Source of the DNA: Strigamia acuminata
Lineage: Eukaryota
DNA: 64,000 bases
Reading direction: 5' to 3'
Assembly: GCA_949358305.1 (NCBI GenBank)
Contig: OX442314.1
Location: 14,136,001 to 14,200,000 of the forward strand
The notes beneath the pieces were generated by a model, which was not told the DNA's origin, ran no database searches, and saw only the letters and a program-made list of their open reading frames with translations. The stretch's first letter is position 1. The number at the start of each line of letters is the position of its first letter. Below, piece after piece: positions 49,474 through 64,000 of the stretch. The position numbers were made by a program, and so were the translations under genes.

Positions 49474-50194
49474 GGTGACGATCTGACATACAACAGACTT
49501 GATAGATTAAGTTGGGCTGTAATTATAGTGAAAAGTGTAGCGCTTGTACTGCCATCTGATATTTTTGGGTCAGAACTATGATAAAATTAACTCCTGTGAA
49601 GAGCAGCTGTTAGTTTTATTTGAAAAACAAAATAAAACAAATAGAAAGAGTATTGGGATGAACGATGAATATTAAACAAAGTCGACGTGCTCTCGGAAGT
49701 TATTGTAATTTTGAGTGATTGGTTTTATTAATATTGTGACGTCGAATTTAATGTTAAAAATGAATACATACTCTAACTTATATCCAAAAATATACATTAA
49801 TTTTGTTTCTACAGATTAAAATTTGTGGAATTGGCAATGGAAAACGTATTATTTTCCGACAACAATGTTCTTTCACACTCGTTGGAAGATTACCATTAGA
49901 TTCTAACAATAAAATGAATGTAGGTAATTTAAATACCCATTAAAAGAAGATTACTTTATCAATATTCTGTTCCGGTGAACCGATGGTGGAGTTTCCATGC
50001 GTGTAAGCATAATGATATCACGAGTCTGTTGATTTAAGCTGTGTAGATTAAATATAATTATTACTAAGTTGTGTAATTGGTAGCAATTGCTATCAATAAT
50101 TTGAAATATTTTGAATTTTAAGATTCAAAGTATTTGTTGATTTAAAGACAGCAATTGCCGTATTCATGTTATTAAATGTTGCATTGGTATACAT

Positions 50195-50531
50195 CAGGGG
50201 TCGGCAAGTAATTTTAAGTGGGGTCCGGCGGATACTATTGAAAATTTTTATCGTGGTCCAGAAAAAAAACACTTAAAAACCTTACTAAAAACCTAAGAAA
50301 ACGGAAAAAAAACACTTAAAAACCAAATAAACCCCCCAATAAACACACACAACCCAAAAAATACCAACAAAACCTAAAAAGCTAAAAAAAAACAGGAAAA
50401 ACAAGGGAAAAAAAAAACACCAAAAAACCAAAGAAACAGAGGGGAAAACGTCGCTAAAACGTCACCGCGGTCCAAGTTTCGACCTTCCGCGGTCCGGATA
50501 CGAACCGCGGTCCGCCTGTTGCCGACCGCTG
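50195..50531. mobile_element. hAT-type MITE
   Basis: TIR CAG(G/C)GGTCGGCAA with subterminal GCGGTCC repeats. Perfect 8-bp TSD GTATACAT (50187-50194 / 50532-50539). Confidence 0.9.
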
Positions 50532-51152
50532 GTATACATCATTAAAATTCATGATTCAAATTGTTGTGTAATCTTATTTTTGAAATAGCAATTGACAGAA
50601 ATCTTGAAGTGGTAGATAAGGAATTGATGCAATTATTAGTTTGATTGTTCCAAGCAAAATGCTTGGCCAGATTGCTGCATGTTTTAGTAATGTTTTTAAT
50701 TGTTATATTTTGTAGTGAATGGTTTGATAAACAAAATGCTTTGTTACATTACAGCAATGTTTTGAATGAATGATTTCATCTATTCTGATCGATTTTTTCT
50801 CCCACTAATCAGCAAACCAAGACACATTTGCACACAATAAGATTTTTGGCATCTGGGCATAACACACCCATAACACACAAAAAAGTTTGAATGTTATAAA
50901 ACGAAAAACAAATCTAAATGCAAAATTTAAATGCAAAATTTAATCTCAACGTCAGTTTGTGGCATCAACTGTGCTACACTGAATAAAGTCACCCAAACAC
51001 GAAGGTTAGACAATCCCGCACCTTGTAATAAATAAATACGAAAGCAAAATACCAAAAAAAAAAAGAAAAAAAAATGTAACAATATTTCGTATACAAAAAC
51101 ATTAGGAATCCATATTTGTACGTAGTAAATTTTCAAGAATCAATCGGCAATT

Positions 51153-53336
51153 TCAATTCTCATAACCCAATCCTATTTTCTGGTTTAGGTATTCATTACA
51201 TCGGACACACTTCAACAGCAAGTCGGCTAAATCATACTTTGAAATCAGCCGCCCAGGACTACTACCAACGTTCACTTGGTACACCCCCTTACCAGGATCA
51301 TCTAATTTAAAAAAAAATGTCAAAATTAAAACAGATCACAACAAATGCTTCGCAAAAAAAATTACTCAATATATGCGGAGGACAAACAGCGGTCCAATCG
51401 AGGCCACAACTCTCGAGCACTTCCGCTTGACGTTTATGATCGGCAGTGATTTCAAAGTATACCTGAGGAATTTTACTTGGCTCGTAAAATAGAAATGCTA
51501 AATTCAAACACAAACATCTATTATTTAATGTAATAAAAATAAAATACATTTATTTACCTGAAATGCAAACGGAAATTCTTTTTACGCCGCATTCTTGCAT
51601 CGCATTTATTATATTGCTCGTTCCCTTCGACAACACAGTCGTAGGTCCTGCAAAAAATCATTTTAACTTAAAACTAGCCACCATTTTGTCATTTTGAGCA
51701 AGTTTTTGAATTTACAAAACATCCAGAGGCAGAAAAACTCAGATTTTGTTGACAAAATCACTAAATTACCTAAATCTGTTCTCGTTCCCAACGTTACAAT
51801 AACGCCATCTTTCCCCTCAACGGCGCGCTTCACGTCGTCTTCATTGACAACGTCTCCGAGAATTACATGCACTTTTCCCTTAAATTCTTCCGGAATGGTT
51901 TTCTCGTTCCTCACAAAAATCGTCACATCAAGATCTAAAACGAAAAAAAATTTACAAAAATTAAAACTAAATAAAACAAACATCAAAAACGAGTAAATGA
52001 CAAATAACATCAAAAATTACAAATTAAAGCCTTTATTTCTTTTATTGACCACACCGGATCAAGTATACAATCTTTTCCCAGCTACATTACTCGCAACCAC
52101 TCATTCCCCACGATAATGCGGCGTTCTTTTCTCCTTAAACGCTTGCAACCCTTCAATCCTGTCCTTAGTTGGCAACACTTGCGCATAACAAATCGTTTCA
52201 ATCATTTTACCGGTCGAAATATCAACATCAACGCCCCTATTAATAGCTAGCTTAGCCATTCTCAATGCTACCGGTCCATTGCTTACAATTTCTTCAGCAA
52301 TTGCTAATGCTTTTTGATACGCCGCATCTCCGTCGTTATTTTGCTGCACCACATGATTGACCAGTCCGATTTTCTGCGCCTCCTCGCCATCGACGGTTCG
52401 ACCGGTAAATATCAACTCTTTCGCAAGTGGTGGGCTGATAATACGAGGCAAGTGCTGGGTGCCACCAGCGCCAGGAATAATGGCCAATTTGGCCTCAACT
52501 AATCCCATTTTGACAGTTTTAGCTGAGACGCGCATGTCACAAGCAAGTGCCATTTCAAAGCCACCGCCCAGCGCGTAGCCGTCGAGAGCCGCAATTGTGG
52601 GAAAAGGAAGATTGTAGATTTCGTTCATCATGTTCTGTAGTTGCGATACGAAATGGGAAACTTCGTCCGGGGCCATCCCGATACGTTCCTTCAAGTCGGC
52701 GCCGGCGCAGAACATTCCCGGCGTCAGGCTTCGTAGCAGGCAAACTCGCACGTTTTTCTCGAATTGTAAAGTGTTCAAATGTTCGCGGAATATTTTGACG
52801 AAGTTTTTTCCCAATGAATTTTTCGCCACTGGACGATTCATGGCAATCACGGCGATGCCCGTGTGTTTGTCCGACAAGTATTGCAATTTTACTTCGTCCT
52901 GGGCCTCATTGGTCGCGTTGTTACGTCTTGGTGGAGCCAGACATTGCTTTAGGACGTTTGATTTTGAAATTCCTTGACTTCTTAAGCGGATTACGGAAAA
53001 CATGTCTATAAAAAAGTTGAATGACACGGAGAAATACCGTGAAAATTGTAACGCGCGATGTAAATGGATAATCAAAAAATGGCCTGTTGCGCACTCTCGT
53101 GGCCGCTTGTAGAATTAGAAATAGCAACACGTAGACCGCATGCATTACTAATAGAACGTCTTGTCTGTTTTGCATTCAAACTTTCTTAACATTAATTTCG
53201 GTCACAATTCCGGAAAAGTTGCGGAGTTTGACGAAATTAAAATTAATTTACCATTCTGGAGTGCAAGTTCCGTCACAGCTATGCCAGTATTGCCAGTTGC
53301 TCCAAATATTGCAATTTTCTTGACGCATCCTGCCAT
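51153..53336 (-). CDS. BLVRB: Flavin reductase (NADPH)/biliverdin reductase B, 5 exons
   Basis: Exon 1 (53336-53252) MAGCVKKIAIFGATGNTG. Exon 2 from 51934 DVTIFVRN..GDVVN..VIVTLGTRTDLG. Later exons PTTVLSKGT, AFLFYEPSKIP..ITADH, WTAVCPPHI, ISKYDLAD..GYEN*. Confidence 0.9.
52101..53003 (-). CDS. AUH: Methylglutaconyl-CoA hydratase (crotonase family), intronless, nested in BLVRB intron 1 on the same strand
   Basis: Arg/Ser-rich mitochondrial-type N-terminus; FCAGADLKER, PTIAALDGYALGGGFEMALACD, AIIPGAGGTQ, PTKDRIEGL.AFKEKR.P.Y.GE*. Confidence 0.88.
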   Translation of the reverse strand: MFSVIRLRSQGISKSNVLKQCLAPPRRNNATNEAQDEVKLQYLSDKHTGIAVIAMNRPVAKNSLGKNFVKIFREHLNTLQFEKNVRVCLLRSLTPGMFCAGADLKERIGMAPDEVSHFVSQLQNMMNEIYNLPFPTIAALDGYALGGGFEMALACDMRVSAKTVKMGLVEAKLAIIPGAGGTQHLPRIISPPLAKELIFTGRTVDGEEAQKIGLVNHVVQQNNDGDAAYQKALAIAEEIVSNGPVALRMAKLAINRGVDVDISTGKMIETICYAQVLPTKDRIEGLQAFKEKRTPHYRGE

Positions 53337-53562
53337 GTTTGTTTATCACTTAATTCAACCAGGGAAACTCGCTACGAGGCTATGTCGTTCGCCGTGGTAG
53401 AGACTATATACTCTCAAAAGCAACAGCACTCTGCGCAAGACAGGAAAAGGTAACGAATCAGTCGCACAAGTGCAAATTCCTATTATAATTGGCAAAAAAT
53501 TATATAAATGGATAAGTTAACGAAGAATTTCCCCAATCTAGTTGACGTAGAAGACATGTAGA
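53337..53562. promoter_or_regulatory. Probable bidirectional promoter between BLVRB/AUH and MAP4K
   Basis: Divergent start codons are only 226 bp apart. Confidence 0.6.
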
Positions 53563-60516
<6,954 letters not shown>

Positions 60517-61957
60517 AACGATGAAAGGATTAAGTTTTCTGTGGTCTGTGTTACCATTATTATCTCTGCATGTAATTTTTTTTTTAAAAATTTGTTTTAT
60601 ATATATTTTTTGTTTTCTTCTCACGAATTATGATGTGTGAACTTGTTGAAACAGAACAATTTTACATTTAATAGTCTTAACCATGGAAACAATTTTTGTT
60701 GACTGAGCCATTCCCACCAAGATTCAGTATTTACGAACGTTAAAATATAGAAGAAACTGAAACTAAAAACGCAAAAGAGAAAAGAAAAGAAAACAGTATT
60801 GAAATGATGCCATGTTTTATTTGGAATGCGCCGGATTATTAAACACTTGTAAAATATTAAACAGGTTGTTAAACAATCTGTTTTTAAATATATATGCAAT
60901 ATTGAGTTGTTTACACGCTCAGCCTTGCTTTAATTGGGAACTTTGAAAAATTTTGTACTGTATGCTATTTGTCACTGTTGTCAGGATCTCAGATTTGAGC
61001 ATTTAATTTCGTTATTTTTATTTAATGTTATTATTTAAAAAAAAATAGAATCCATATCGGAGCTGCTATATATTGGCGCTCAGTTAAATCATTGTGAATA
61101 ATCATGCAAATAATAGTGAAATATCGCTTGTGATTGATATTAATGGTGTTTGAAAAATAGCTTTAATAAGTGAAGAGTTTATTTTGTAATGAGCAATGTT
61201 GGAATATTGTGCACGATTATTTCATTTTAATCTCCACACGTAAATAAAAAGAAACAGAAAAGATTTAAAACAATACAATAGTGTAAATATTCAATAACCG
61301 ATAATAATTCTAATGATTGTCATTTTAAATTTCTGCCTATTCACTGTTGGGTATTTATATACGTTTCTGTGATTGATAAAGATGGAATAGGAACGGAGAC
61401 AAAAAAATTTGTACATATATATATATACACAAATATATATATCCTTACACATAACTGTATATCTATATGTGAAAGGATTGATTTGCTGATGTTTTTGAGT
61501 GACAATTTTTAAACATTGGCATTGATTCATTGTTCGTTCTGAGTTTTTCATTAATTAAAGTGAAGTAAATAAGGTGCAACTTCTGATAAAAGCGAGGAAT
61601 TGTTGTCTAATAAGTGATGATGTCCCTGGTTACATGCAAATTTGCTTTTTGGTATCGTAGTATTCTGCTTTCGTTTTAAGGAAAGTATGAAGCTATAATT
61701 TTTTTTTGATTATTTTATTTTTTAAAGAATGTATGTCAGATTTTTTAATGTTTACTTTTTTTGGTTAATTTTTGTCGCTGGCCAGGAACAATAGCTCCGT
61801 CTCATATCGAAACTGTTTCTATAGACATGGCTTTGAAATTTGTAAATTACGACTGTAATAAAAATTTTAAAATGTGGTTTTATTGAATTTCAAAGATGTT
61901 TGGAAATGTGTGAATGATTTTATTTACATCACTTAAGCGACATAAGAGAAACAAACC

Positions 61958-62193
61958 ACTTCCGGAAATTCGTTAACCGGCGCGGTCAACCAAGGTAAAT
62001 TTCTAGCAATAATAAGTAAAGATTTATCTTCTTTTTGGTGTCAGTATTAAATATACCGTTTGTTAACAGCATTTATTTATTTATTTTTTATTTTTTAGAC
62101 TCGGAGATGTTGCCATTTGTATAAAAAGACGACGATTTTCAAAACCAACGACGACCGGCCTGGACAACAAAGAAAATGGCGACAGGGATAAAT
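61958..62193 (+). other. Probable 5' exons of an unidentified + strand gene continuing beyond the window
   Basis: ETS-like CACTTCCGG at ~61958; donor AAG|GTAAAT at 61995; acceptor TTTTTTAG at 62098; exon 62099-62193 containing AAAATGGCG (MATGIN) and ending in a GTAAGT donor. Confidence 0.5.
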
Positions 62194-62320
62194 GTAAGTA
62201 AACAAAATTCGCCAATTTTATTTTTTTTAATTTAAATTACATTATGGTGTACACAATCTACATTTTTAATTGATTTGATTTGTAAAAAAAAATGCAAGTT
62301 TAACTATTTTTTTTTCTGAC

Positions 62321-64000
62321 TTATTTCAACGTAATTTTAAATCTATTACACATTTTGAAGTATTCTCTAAAATGCAATTTACTCGTAAACGAATCATCAT
62401 CTTTGCTCCCGCAAACATCGTGTTCAATTGACAACACCGATGTATCGATAACTTGTTGCCGTAAAACAATAGGCCACATGCTCAAATGGGCGCAACAAAT
62501 AGAAAACGATTTCAATTTACCACTTTTTACACATTGCAACAAATCAGCAAAAACTGATCGTAATTCGGCCAAATCATCGTCAGTCGCATTCCCAACGAAC
62601 AGAGTAATATTTTGAAAATTACATTTGTTTTTCTCCAGAATATATTCCTTGATCTTGTTACAAAACGAGGCCACAGACTGAACGTTGCATTGAACCGCCC
62701 AAATAATGAAATCATTAATGGACAGTGACAAAATGCTTTCCTGAATTTCATCGATTCCCCAATACTGCTTATTGCTCCTTTTCTGCAGGTAAATCGCTAG
62801 GGTTCGCAGGTTTTGAAACGAAGACAAATTATGCCAGACTTGCGGCTTAAGCGCACTGTCGTCCACTTTCAAAACGATTTCTTGAACCGATTCGTATCCT
62901 GCCCACTCCCGCGGTTCGATTTTGTGCAACGTACACAGCAGACGAGTGGTGCAGCTCAATACTTTCATTGTTATCGATGTTAATGCCGTGGCTGTCTCAG
63001 GATTCGAGTCATCAATGTCCAAGTAATGTAGATTCCATTGTTTATCCGACTGCATCAGTTTGACGTTGTGAAGAACGAGACACTTCTCTTGGTGAGGCGC
63101 GAACAACTCCATGTCGAATTCCAAGTTTTCTTTGGTGTTGTTCTCGAAATGGAAAAACGTTAGGCGCGAAATGTGGTCCAAGATTTTTTTGACATTTTCC
63201 ACCGTGGACGAGTCCCTGAATACCAGTTGTAATTTCTCCATTTTGTTTTCCTCGGCTTGCAAGCTGGAAATGATTTTCTCGCCGGCCATTGAATCTTCGT
63301 CTTTGAACTCGCAAATTAAGTTTTGGATGTTTTCCAACCGACAGTCGTTGAAATGTTGCAAATTGGTCAATTTGAATGTATGTTTTTCGATCGTTGGTAT
63401 CGACGTTAAGGAATTAAAAACCTTATTCGCTTCTTCCGTGTCGTTGATGGCGTCGCATTTGCTCAGTAGATTTCGAATATTTAAATTCTGCAGTGCGTCA
63501 ATACAGGTTTGGCCGTTTGCGTTGATTTCCAATACCGGGATGGGTGTATCCGAAGGTAATTTCATGTTAGAATTAATATAATGAATGTACTCGATTCGTC
63601 CGCTTTCGATCCCCAGTTTGATCAATTCTTCGTGTTTTGACGACAGGTAAAACGGCATCAAACTTGAATCTTCCGACTGATGTACATCGTTAGGCAAGAA
63701 ATTCTTATAACTTTCGATCGTTCCGTCCTTTAATCGGCTTTCAAACATCATATTCCATACGAGTATTTCCTGCGATGAGTACACGCTAGCGAAAGGCGCC
63801 ATTTGCACGAAGAAATCCTCGGCCTTATCTTCTAAAAGTCCAATTAAAAATGGTAAAACCAACGACGAATGTCCGTTTTCGACCACAATCGTGTTGATGT
63901 ATTCCATAAAATCCTTATCAAACGAGTATTGGTTCCCTTTGAACTCGGCCACCAATCGAAATGCGACCAGAAATTCCATTAACGACCCGTGGAATATTTC
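62321..64000 (-). CDS. 3' part of an intronless NACHT/NLR-like protein (winged-helix/HD2 region plus Leu-rich C-terminus); 5' end outside window
   Basis: Frame is open to the window edge: EIFHGSLMEFLVAFRL resembles the NACHT winged-helix motif FxHxSxQEFLAA. PFLIGLL is HD2-like, and LxxLxL patterns follow. Confidence 0.55.
   Translation of the reverse strand, partial: EIFHGSLMEFLVAFRLVAEFKGNQYSFDKDFMEYINTIVVENGHSSLVLPFLIGLLEDKAEDFFVQMAPFASVYSSQEILVWNMMFESRLKDGTIESYKNFLPNDVHQSEDSSLMPFYLSSKHEELIKLGIESGRIEYIHYINSNMKLPSDTPIPVLEINANGQTCIDALQNLNIRNLLSKCDAINDTEEANKVFNSLTSIPTIEKHTFKLTNLQHFNDCRLENIQNLICEFKDEDSMAGEKIISSLQAEENKMEKLQLVFRDSSTVENVKKILDHISRLTFFHFENNTKENLEFDMELFAPHQEKCLVLHNVKLMQSDKQWNLHYLDIDDSNPETATALTSITMKVLSCTTRLLCTLHKIEPREWAGYESVQEIVLKVDDSALKPQVWHNLSSFQNLRTLAIYLQKRSNKQYWGIDEIQESILSLSINDFIIWAVQCNVQSVASFCNKIKEYILEKNKCNFQNITLFVGNATDDDLAELRSVFADLLQCVKSGKLKSFSICCAHLSMWPIVLRQQVIDTSVLSIEHDVCGSKDDDSFTSKLHFREYFKMCNRFKITLK

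Noticed and set aside
50927..51136. Possible alternative last exon of BLVRB
   Set aside because: BLVRB already ends at a normal position (51153); the peptide is not family-like and there is no supporting evidence.

Overview
This is an AT-rich, gene-dense animal genome window with short (about 55-70 nt) GT-AG introns. It is most likely an arthropod; the taxon is inferred, not shown. From 5' to 3': (1) 0.5-11.2 kb holds the last ICMT exon and decayed, intron-containing copies of AAR2, a GTF3C2 3' fragment and SCCPDH, with many MITE insertions. (2) A GT31 beta-1,3-galactosyltransferase. (3) A 7-exon secreted Cys-rich gene (odorant-binding-protein-like) that the ORF track misses. (4) An intact DIRS1-type tyrosine-recombinase retrotransposon sitting in the POLA2 promoter. 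Its gag and pol form one ORF containing a host-sized candidate intron that would switch output between Gag and Gag-Pol. (5) POLA2 and RAD51 tail-to-tail. (6) Two intronless neurochondrin paralogues either side of an intact THAP/P-element transposon; the second is nested on the same strand inside intron 1 of NANP. (7) A peroxisomal hydroxyacid oxidase. (8) Three tandem genes for bacterial-type PQQ-dependent (sorbosone-dehydrogenase-family) beta-propeller enzymes, each with one spliceosomal intron at the same site, a strong horizontal-transfer candidate. (9) BLVRB with an intronless AUH nested on the same strand in intron 1. (10) MAP4K3/5 (happyhour-like). (11) The 3' part of a NACHT/NLR-like ORF running off the window. 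All calls come from manual reading and motif recognition; no database search was run.
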